From NCBI GenBank assembly GCA_951406725.2, contig OX597834.1, forward strand, positions 14,508,001 to 14,572,000: 64,000 nt of DNA, read 5' to 3'. The translations under genes were made by a program, and so were the position numbers. Numbering within the stretch: the first letter of the stretch is position 1; the number at the start of each line of letters is the position of its first letter. A model generated the notes under the pieces. It made no database searches, had not been told where the DNA came from, and saw nothing but the letters and a program-made list of their open reading frames with translations. Below are positions 53,542 to 64,000 of this stretch, one piece after another. This stretch comes from Octopus vulgaris (lineage: Eukaryota).

Positions 53542-53720
53542 TATTACTTCCGCCTTAGCGAAGGCGGAGTATTGTTTTCAGTCGTGATTGTTTGTTTGTT
53601 TGTCTGTAGACAAGATATCTCAAGAAACGCTGGATAGATCCAGCTGAAATTTTCAGGGATGTTTGACCTCGGCACTGGTACGAACGGTCTAGATTTTGGG
53701 ATCTGTTTTTTTTTTTTATT
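53542..53720 (+). mobile_element. Helentron/HINE (DINE-1-like) 5' fragment
   Basis: TTATTACTTCCGCC ttagcgaa GGCGGAGTA subterminal hairpin followed by (GTTT)n-gtctg; preceded by an 11-bp tandem of its own end (gtttattactc). Confidence 0.55.
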
Positions 53721-54224
53721 AAGGACTGTAAAGCCGAATCTCGAACCACTGAGTCATAGACGTTCACATATAGTTAAAAATCAAATTACACTAAATATAG
53801 ATTCTTGTTTTTTTTTTGTTATAAAACCCTTGGAACTATAAAACCGATTTATCGGTTTCCATCTTATGTAAGTAACTATGGTAACCAAACTATCATGAAC
53901 GGGACGCAGTTCTGATGCAGGGCTAAATACCAGCAATGCTGAAAAGAGAACAAATCGATAACATCGATTTCAGTATTTGATTATTTCAACGTTATTTTAT
54001 CGACCCCGAAATATGACCTCGGCGAGGTTTGAACTCGCAGAAGAAAGAGCCGGATGACATGCTGGTAAATATTTCTCCAATGTGATAATGATTTTCCCAG
54101 CTCACCGCGTGAATGTAGTACATTTCTTCTTGATATTTCACAGTTCTCTAAAGCGGTGATTTAGCAGAATCGTTAGAGCGTCGGTAATAATGCATAGCGG
54201 CATTTCGACGGTCTTTAGTATTGT

Positions 54225-54600
54225 TTAAGTTAGTGAATGCTGCCATAATCCTTGCCTTAGGTTCATATTTGGTGTTACAAGGAGTTTTGTTGGTCTCTTG
54301 CTCAATTGCGCTCCACACATAATATGAAGGGGGTTGTTGTGTGGGGAGTTAGGTGACCAGATGTTAGGGGTGATATGGCGCAGAAATTGTCTGACAGCCA
54401 TGACTGAGTTCTCCTGCTTGTGTAGCATGGTGCAAAATCCTGTTGCCAGACATAGGGTCTTCCAGCAGCCACCCTCTTGACCCAGGGCAACACTACCTCC
54501 TCCAGGTACTTGATGTAGGCCACTGAGTTGTGTCTGAGACCGTGTGGGAAGATGAATGAAAGCATAACGTCACCATCACTAGTGATCACTACAAACTGAC
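54225..54600 (-). mobile_element. Tc1/mariner transposase catalytic-domain fragment (maT/DD37D-like)
   Basis: ITSDGDVM..YIKYLEEVVLPW..YVWQQDFAPCYTSRRTQSWL, then IWSPNSPH.NPL; same family as 63140-63615. Confidence 0.8.
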
Positions 54601-54815
54601 CATGATACTGATTTTGCTTTTCACGCTACTGGAGTCGATAAAATCATTACTAGTTTGTTTTTATATACTTATTGACCTACCACATTGCCCAAATCAGTAA
54701 TGCTGTCAAAGGGTTTAATTCGTGTTTTTATGCAAATTCTGAAAAAAAATGTAAACTTTACTTATTGTAATCGTTAAAAATAAAATTAATGTAAATTGGA
54801 TAATCTTATTTATTT

Positions 54816-55029
54816 TACTCTTTTACTTGTTTCAGTCATTTGACTGCGGCCATGCTGGAGCACCGCCTTTAGTCGAGCAACTCGACCCCGGGACTTATTC
54901 TTTTTGTAATCCCAGTACTTATTCTGTCGGTCTCTTTTTGCCGAACCTCCAAGTGACGGGGACGTAAACACACCAGCATCGGTTGTCAAGCAATGCTAGG
55001 GGAACAAACACAGACACACAAACATACAC

Positions 55030-55084
<55 letters not shown>

Positions 55085-55231
55085 TACGACAGGCTTCTTT
55101 CAGTTTCCGTCTACCAAATCCACTCACAAGGCATTGGTCGGCCCGGGGCTATAGCAGAAGACACTTGCCCACACAGTGGGACTGAACCCGGAACCAAGTG
55201 GTTGGTTAGGAAGCTACTTACCACACAGCCA
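54816..55231 (-). mobile_element. SINE family B
   Basis: Near-identical to 14131-14532. Confidence 0.85.
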
Positions 55232-56516
55232 ATTTATTTATTTATTATTTATATAATCGTCCTACCCCACCCAGGAATTGCGGGACTGGCACCAAAGCTA
55301 CAAACCAATATTTTATAGCCTGCTATTGATGTATAAGATTTTAAAAAATAGCTACTTAAGGCAAAAAACATATGAGAAATATAATAAAAACGGGATTAAG
55401 TATAATCACATTGAGGGAAGAAGGGGTTTCTACAATATCGATCTAAATACTTGACAGGTACTTTATCTATGCCAAAGGCGAGACTTGAACTCGGTACGTG
55501 AAGCACAGGAAGAAACAGCTCAAAGCATTTTGTCTGACATAGTAGAGATTTTGCCAGTTCATTGCCTGAATGTACTGCTTCTCTTTCTAATATTTTATGA
55601 CCTGTTAGGGAATAAAAAAAAAACATAAAAATAGAGGCAAAATCTCGAAAATAGCTAAACATTACAAAAACAATCACAAAAAATTGAGGCAATTTTCTTC
55701 CATTTAACCTAATTCGTCAGTTTCTGCACGGGTTAGTCTTTAGCTTCCGGCGATATTTTACGTTCAAAGACTTGGCCAATATTTGACAGTTTGCTGTTTC
55801 CTTCGAAGAAAGAAATATAAGGAAAAAAACGTAGAAATATGAAGAAAATATTACAGCTAATATATCAATCATCGTTCACTGTAGCCCTCACCTCATGACT
55901 AAGATCAGTGGCATAGTTCAATAGACGAAAAAACAATTTTCTTTTTTGTTACATATACTAGATTGATTCTTCTTACAATATTGCATATTAAAAAAAAAAA
56001 CAGTGAAATAGGTGGATGGCTGTTTGAAGGAAACGCTTCGTGTTTGATAAAAATGGATGTAAATATTAGCAGTGCTTTCTATCATGCTATTACATTCACT
56101 ATTTGATATCGAAAATGAGATCGTAAAATTGTGAAGGCATAAGCTGTATATCGTTCCTAACAGCTACATCCCAGCTATGTTAAGTAACCTGCATCTTGTA
56201 TTAAATCATAGGCTTAAAGGCTTAGTTTGGTGGGGTGGCATGTGCAGAAGCGCATTGGCAAAACTGAACAAATCAGTTAATGGTCTAAAGGAAGGGCTAA
56301 CAGGTTGGTTTATAGTGGACTGAAAAAGGACAGAGATGATGTAAATAATCATATCAAATTCTGTAGCACCTCATGACGCATACGCACAGACATTAATATT
56401 ATAAATACGCGCGTACACACATACTCATAAGCTTATGGATGTATATATATATATAGGGTCAAAAGTGTTTGTGAATGTGTTTGTGTATACATATATGTGT
56501 GTATATATCTAAGTGC

Positions 56517-56557
<41 letters not shown>

Positions 56558-56560
<3 letters not shown>

Positions 56561-56742
56561 GGAAAGTTTACGAAAATAAAGAAAAGACGAAGGCAGGTGG
56601 TTTACAAACAAACATATGTATTAGTATAACGCTCAGGAATAGAAAAAGTCTGTTACGTTTCGAGCCTACGCTCTTAGACAGAAAGAGACACGGAAAAAAC
56701 AAGGAGAGAAAGAAATGTGTGTAGTAGCTAACAATCTATCAT

Positions 56743-56744
<2 letters not shown>
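56558..56744 (-). mobile_element. (TA)n-flanked PLE-like terminal fragment with a decayed hammerhead
   Basis: Homologous to 19421-19629. Confidence 0.65.
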
Positions 56745-56798
<54 letters not shown>

Positions 56799-56801
<3 letters not shown>

Positions 56802-57881
56802 GGTGTCCATAAAGTCTCTTTACAATTTTAAAATTTTATTACAAAGGCAGTTGACGAGATATCTTAACCAGATTTGTTTTATTGTAATAATCGTTTATTA
56901 AAGACTTTTTAAACTGTTATTTAATAGACCTTTATATGGGTACCATTAGTTGCGCGAAGGACATTAAGACGGTACTCGAATTCTTGCCATGTTCGCTATA
57001 GGATAGCATCATCAACGGTGGCAATGGCATTACGAATCCTTTGCTTCAAGTCAGCAATGTCCTGTATTTTTGTTTGATACATGATATCTTTTAAATAACC
57101 ACATAAAAAGAAATCGAAGGGAGGCCATGGAATTGGCTTATCCCTGCCAATCCTTCGGTCTGCAAATGTTTGATTGAGGAACTGACGAACATGCCGTCCC
57201 CAATGTGGTGGTGCACCATCTTGCCTGAAAATGATGGTTGGTTGTAAATCAATCAGTTGTGGTGCCACATATTCGGTCAGAAGGTCGAGGTAAACATCTG
57301 CAGAAATTGTTGCGTCGTCGAAGAAAAATGGACCAATTATTCGATTGCACATGATTCCACACCACACATTCACATTTGGACTATCGCGTTGGAGCTCCCT
57401 AGTCACATGGGGGTGTTCTGATCCCCAGATACTCACATCGTGCCTGTTTAATTTCCCTTAAACATGAAAAGTCGCCTCGTCACTAAAACAAACTCGCTTG
57501 AGGAATGCTTCATCCTCAGAAATGCGTTCCAGCGTATTGAGTGCAAACTCTTTTCGTTTTGGCTTGTCATTTGGCTCGAGCGCCTGAAACAGTTGCACTT
57601 TATAAGCGTACAACCGTAAGTTCTTGTGGAGGAACTTGTGCACTGTTGCTTTTATCGCAATCAACCAGGATACACATTGTGCCTTTTCCTGAGGAGTAGC
57701 CATTTCATAGGGATTCCGTGAATCAGTTCCTTTTCAATCAACAGAGTATATGAAACGCAAACATTTAATATCAATAAAAACGTTAATAAACAATTATTAA
57801 AATGAAACAAATGGTTAAAATATCTCATCAACTGCCTTTGTGATAATTTTTTTTGAATTGTAAAGAGACTTTATGGACACC

Positions 57882-57884
<3 letters not shown>
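56799..57884 (-). mobile_element. Tc1/mariner element with both TIRs and an internally deleted transposase pseudogene
   Basis: TIR cagggtgtccataaagtctctttacaatt (imperfect to ~105 bp) at both ends, TA flanks; MATPQEKAQCVSW..FSDEATFH, IWGSEHP..VWCG..IGPFFF..RQDGAPPHW..WPPFDFFL (SPDL segment lost). Confidence 0.92.
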
Positions 57885-57925
<41 letters not shown>

Positions 57926-58018
57926 ACATCTATCACCCCTTCTTCCTACGTCACCTATCCAAATAACATTTTCGAACCAGTTGCCATGATTGATCGCTAA
58001 ATCAACAAGTTTTATTTT

Positions 58019-58079
<61 letters not shown>

Positions 58080-58080
<1 letters not shown>

Positions 58081-58195
58081 ATTCATTTCATCGTGTTCAT
58101 TTCTGGTGAAGAGCGTAGGCTCGAAACATAAAAGACATTCTCACATGCTTTGTTAATACACATGTTTTGGTCTTGTGTTTGTCTGTAAATTTCAA
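58080..58195 (+). mobile_element. PLE-like terminal fragment with a variant hammerhead
   Basis: ttt CTGGTGA a gagc gtag gctc GAAA ca TA aaag at 58100-58134. Confidence 0.55.
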
Positions 58196-58415
58196 ATATA
58201 TATATATATATATATATATTTCGGGGATGTACTTGCATAGCAAGTGACTTGATCTGAGATCGTGTGCTCTGCATCAGTACGAAGGTTTCTCAGTGAACAA
58301 GTCGCGGTCTCAAAGCAACGAAAATATTTTGACAAATTAAATTTAAATGTTGAAGTGAATCTAACGGTTTTGTGTGTTTCTTTAATGGCTTATAAACACG
58401 TTCCACGCTGCAATA

Positions 58416-58448
<33 letters not shown>

Positions 58449-58450
58449 AT

Positions 58451-58502
<52 letters not shown>

Positions 58503-58600
58503 CATAAATAGATATTCAATATAAATACATACGCATATATATGTATATGCGTATGTGTGTGTGTTTGTGTGCATACATTTTCTATGCCTATATATATACG

Positions 58601-58641
<41 letters not shown>

Positions 58642-58660
58642 ATATTCAAACAGAGAATAC

Positions 58661-58694
<34 letters not shown>

Positions 58695-58906
58695 TGAGAG
58701 AGAGACAGAAACAGAGAAAGACAGAGTGAGAGGAAGAGAGATAAATAGATAAATAGATAGATGGACGGAAGGATAGATTTAGATATCAATTCTGACATTT
58801 CTCTGTGTGTGTATGTATGTTTGTATTATATAAATGTATATTCACGTGTACATATATATATATATATATATAAATAAACATAAGTGTATATAAATATACA
58901 TACCTG

Positions 58907-58953
<47 letters not shown>

Positions 58954-59252
58954 ATGTATGTATGTATGTATATTCACCTAAGCTCGCGTATACTCATTTA
59001 TTAAATAATTATGGAAATTACAGAAGCTTTATCATATTGTCTTTTGTGGATGGCTTAATGAATGGCGTCTGGTGAACAGCTTCCTGTCTGTCTTATATCA
59101 TCTTCAGAGAAAACACGTCTTTGGAGAGAGACACATCCGTTAATTGTTTTCACTCGAAAGATACCACGTGATATATTTTCCACGTACATAGTTACATTTT
59201 GCGTGTCTGCACATACGTATACACACATTTCACAGATTCACGTCTATATATA

Positions 59253-59291
<39 letters not shown>

Positions 59292-59621
59292 GTGTGTGTG
59301 TGTTTGTGTGTGTTGAGCGTCTGTGTATGCTTATTTACCTCGCTAATATGGTGCGAAATATATTCCACGTCACGAGTGAGCGATAATACTTAAATAGCCA
59401 GATTAGACAAACAATTGAAGCCAAATCCACGTACACAAAGCGATGTTGATTTGTACCTCTACCTATATATATATATATACTAAGCAATAAAGGGTTTAGC
59501 AACGAATTGCCTTACCACATACCGAATTTAGAAATAGCAGTCAAAGAGTTATAGCTATTTCTTCTACTAAAAAAGGGAGATATCAGTAAAAACAGCAATT
59601 GGAAGGCAGACACAAACAGGT

Positions 59622-59682
<61 letters not shown>

Positions 59683-59914
59683 ATATATAGGTGTATATAT
59701 ATATACATACATATATATATATATATATACACATATAGAGAGGAATATATTTATATCACTTTATATGACATATATATATATATTTCTGTTTATACCTGGA
59801 TATACATATATATATATATATGTGTGTGTGTGTATATATATATAAATATATATGTGTATATATATATATATATACGTTTCTATATATACGTATGTATATG
59901 AATATGTACGTATG

Positions 59915-59957
<43 letters not shown>

Positions 59958-60137
59958 ATAGGTATATGAATGCCTGTATATGCTTAAGTTTGTATGTACA
60001 TTCCTCGGTGTCCTGCATGGTCGTGTTTGTATCTAGGTAGGCGCATATACAAACTTACTTATCTGTATAAATGCATACGTATCTACACAATTACATAACA
60101 AAGATTACGAGAGTGAATCAGAAATTAACAAATATAT

Positions 60138-60198
<61 letters not shown>

Positions 60199-60278
60199 CA
60201 AAAATTCAAGAAAAATTTTCTGCCACCAGCGGTCAAGTGAGAAAATAGAAATAGTCACAGACTATATAATACATTCAC

Positions 60279-60334
<56 letters not shown>

Positions 60335-60361
60335 ATATATATATATATGTGTGTATGTATG

Positions 60362-60433
<72 letters not shown>

Positions 60434-60911
60434 CATATATACATACATGTATATATATGTGTGTATATGTGTATGTGTATATAATATATGTGCGTATATA
60501 TATGTATATATATATATATGTGTGTGTGTGTGAGTGTATGTGTAAATATATATCTATGTATGTATAAATGTGTACGTACACGTATTACTAAGTGTAGGCA
60601 TTTTTTTATGAGTAGGCATATGTATATAAATATTTGCATGCCCTCTTGTACACGTAAGTAAATAGACAAATGTTTACATTGATATCGTAGAATACAAGCA
60701 CATTATTTCACAATGCAATGCTTTGATAATTCTTTTCACTATGTAAACCAGTCAAAACCGTATCGCGTCAGAACATAGGCTCGAAACGACAAAGGCAGAC
60801 TTGTTTTATTTATCGATTTCCTGAGCGCCATACATAGACACGCAATTGTTCGTAATATATTTGCACACACTTAGAAACCTGAATGTTTGTTTGACATGTG
60901 TATTTGTTCTT

Positions 60912-61005
<94 letters not shown>

Positions 61006-61040
61006 TGATATGGAGTCGAACGATTTATTTATAATAAATA

Positions 61041-61151
61041 TTCCTTATATCTCGACACATGTTTCGAAGGCTGCATATTCCTAATTCCGAAGGAATAACT
61101 GCGTGGCATCTTAGAGAATGTCTTCGCCATCTCATCAGGAAAGACAAGGAA
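61041..61151 (-). ncRNA. Hammerhead motif, same family as 47471-47568
   Basis: Minus strand: tttc CTGATGA gatggc..gccttc GAAA catgtg TC gaga. Confidence 0.7.
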
Positions 61152-61479
61152 CTTATGTCAGCACCATGAAGAGCAAAAACTTTTAGATGACTGCCCACAT
61201 GATGTCCACAGTATAATAATATACATATATATATATATAATTAATTAATAAGGGTGAGAGAATTAGATACTAATTTAATAGTATATCTATTCTACACCAA
61301 GTGGCCTAGTGCTCCGAGAAACCTGGATTATTATAATATTTTATAATATATTATAATATTTTTACAAAATAAATATAAGAGAGTGGTCACTATATGGCTC
61401 ACTCTAGCACCAGTTAATCCAAAAGGTTTCAACCACAAAAATACATATATATATATATATAATATGTTCCTTTTTGTAA

Positions 61480-62110
61480 TCTTTCACTTGCCTCAGTCAT
61501 ATGACTGCGACCATGCTAGAGCGCCGCCTTTAGTCGAACAAATCGATTCTTATTCTTTGTAAGCTTACTACATATCCTGTCGTTCTCTTTTGCTGAAGTA
61601 CTAAGTTATGGGGGATATCAACACACCAGCATCGTTTCTCAAGCGATAGAGAGTGGTCGAACACAGATACACACACACACATTTATAAATATATATACAG
61701 ATACACACACACACATATATATATATATTTGTGTGTGTATGTGTGTGTATGTATGTATATATGCATACATATATACGACGGGCTTTTTTTCGATATCCGT
61801 CTACCAAATCCACTCACTTGTCTTTGGTTACCCAGAAGCTATAGTAGAAGACACCAGCTTAAGCAGTCACGAGCTGGCAGAAGCATTAGCACGCCGGGCG
61901 AAATGTTTAGCCGTATTTCGTCTGCGTTACGTTGTGAGTTCAAATTCCGCCGAGGTCAACTTTGCCTTTCATCCTTTCGGGGTCGATAAATTAAGTACCA
62001 GTTACGCACTGGGGTCGATGTCTGTCCTTGTTTGTCCGCTCTGTGTTTAGCCCCTTGTGGGTAATAAGGAAATAGTTATTGAACCCAGATCTACGAGGTT
62101 GGGAAAAAAG
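61480..62110. mobile_element. Decayed SINE B (-) with a SINE A copy (+, about 61870-62075) nested near its head
   Basis: SINE B blocks at 61480-61855 resume as gaacccagatc..ggttggg after the SINE A tail. Confidence 0.7.
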
Positions 62111-62321
62111 CTGCTTGTCTATAACTTATTGCAATAAACTGTTGTTTCAAGATTCGTTGAGCTTCAACATATAAATATACTTGGAACACTTATAACTGGA
62201 TTCCAAAGGACCATAGTGATGCAAAACACGTGCGAACTGAAGTATAAGCCTGCAACAAAGAAATGTTCCCTGTACACGTGAATATGTGTGCGTGTGTGTG
62301 CGTGGGTATCTGTTATTCATA

Positions 62322-62738
62322 TACTCTTTTACTCTTTTACTCTTTTACTTGTTTCAGTCATTTGACTGCGGCCATGCTGGAGTACCGCCTTTAGTCGAGC
62401 CACTCGACCCCGGCACTTATTCTTTTGTAAGCCCAGTACCTATTCTATCGGTCTCTTTTGCCGAACCGCTATGTAACGGGGACATAAACACACCAGCATC
62501 GGTTGTCAAGCAATGCTAGGGGGACAAACACAGACACACAAACTCACACACATATATATATATATACATATATACCACGGGCTTCTTTCAGTTTCCGTCT
62601 ACCAAATCCACTCATAAGGCTTTGGTCGGCCCGAGGCTATAGTAGAACACACTTGCCCAAGGTACCATGCAGTGGGACTGAACCCGGAACCAAGTGGTTG
62701 GTAAACCAGCTACTTACCACACAGCCACTCCTGCGCCT
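62322..62738 (-). mobile_element. SINE family B, full length
   Basis: Head ends cagccactcctgcgcct; tail tactctttactcttttactcttttacttg. Confidence 0.88.
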
Positions 62739-62859
62739 ATATTGTACTTATATATGTACTTATAGTCGACATTTTGTGTAGAAATAGTTTTCCTAATATT
62801 TCTTATGTAGTTTCGTAATAGTTATCCTTATTTCACATATATACATACACAACGAACCC

Positions 62860-63650
62860 TAGAGCTTGCCATCAGTAAATTGTCGCCATGAAATATTTTC
62901 AATTTAGTGCTTGCGCATTGTTTGTTTTTGATGTTGTCGACAACACAGTATAGTAGATTCAGCTGGGCATCGTTTGTGAGAAAATCAGCATCATTACGCC
63001 ATTCGTTCTGTCAGAAATTTGGAAACGACATGATGTACTGCTTCGCATTCGTGCTGGAAGGCTCCAATACGAACACTTCAGACTGTTTGGGCGTCAATAT
63101 GAGACCAGTGCAGTTTGAGGACATGCACCGAGAGTGATGAAACTTAAACATCTTGTTGTTTGGAGTGACCAACAATGATGGCGTCTTTATGCCTCCATTC
63201 ATTTTCCCAAATGCGCTCACAATCTACACAGACGCCTATATCAAGTGCCTGGAGAAGGTAGTGCTGCCCTGCGTGAAGAGGGTGGCTGCTGGAAGACCCC
63301 ATGTCTGACAACAGGACTCTGCTCCATTCCTCACAAGCAGGGGAATCCAGACATGGTTGTCAGACAATTTCTCTAACCACACAGTATCTAACATCTCGCT
63401 ATCTACCTCCCCAGACTGCAACACCTTTCATTATTATTTGTGGGGTGCAGTTGAGTAAGAGGCCAACAAAACCCCTTTAAGACCAAAGATGAACTGAAGG
63501 CAAGGATTAAGGCAGCATTCACCAACTTAAAGAAAGAGACCGTACAGAATAGTTATAGGAGCCTCCGAAGTTGTCTGGAGGCCGTGGTTGAAGCCAATGG
63601 CAATTTTATTGAATAAATTTACTCATTAGTATTTCAAGATATTTTTATGT
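62860..63650 (+). mobile_element. Internally deleted Tc1/mariner (maT-like) relic
   Basis: N-terminal-like EIWKRHDVLLRIRAG..NTSDCLGVNMRPVQ, then VTNNDGVFMPPFIFP..YIKCLEKVVLP..QQDSAP..SPDCNTFHYYLWGAVE..RSCLEAVVEANGNFIE. Confidence 0.75.
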
Positions 63651-64000
63651 AAGAAAGGCAAATGTGGTCAATATACCTGTGTAAATGAGCGAGGTCGCAG
63701 TTAAATGACTGAAACAAGTAAAAGACAGATGATAATCACCACCGTTTGATTAAGTACGTCTGTCCACATGAAGCGAATTATTGCACATATGTTCTATTCA
63801 ACTGCAGCTTTTAAACTTACGTCTTGTTTAGTTTCGTAATATTTCAATTGGAAGTATTTTGTTCTCATTGCTTTTGAAGCAGCAAAAAAAAAGATGACAT
63901 AGTACTTTACTTTCAAACTCTAATTTCTTTCATTGTATTTTTCAATATCTTCAAACAGCATTGTTGCGTTGAGGAATTCTTGGAGAAAATGTAAACTCGG

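Noticed and set aside
58285-58337. Hammerhead-like GAAAatatTT with flanking helices
   Set aside because: No CUGANGA core (reads AGTGAACAA); cannot be supported.

Overview
AT-rich, microsatellite-saturated animal DNA. The SINE families and repeat landscape look like octopus/coleoid cephalopod; this is an inference from memory, not a database result. No complete host gene is visible, and almost all listed ORFs are (TA)n/(CA)n/(AAT)n/(GATA)n artefacts, so the window is probably intronic or intergenic, with at most a candidate 21-nt micro-exon. It is a mosaic of mobile DNA: R4/Dong-type RLE LINE pieces stacked in (TAA)n tracts, a Tx1-type LINE 3' half in (GATA)n, RTE and CR1-like relics, several Tc1/mariner relics, a non-autonomous Helitron, a Helentron-like fragment and at least five tRNA-derived SINE families. 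The most interesting signals are: (1) about 15 minimal type-I hammerhead ribozyme motifs of the Penelope-like-element (PLE) kind, many in fold-back or (TA)n-flanked inserts; (2) a three-copy element that joins a tRNA-derived Pol III head, an (AAT)n spacer and a hammerhead-bearing tail, with inverted end duplications and 12-bp TSDs (a candidate PLE-mobilised 'ribozyme SINE'); (3) a SINE whose 3' tail matches the Tx1 LINE tail and which forms ~184-bp head-to-tail multimers with the same junction at three independent loci.
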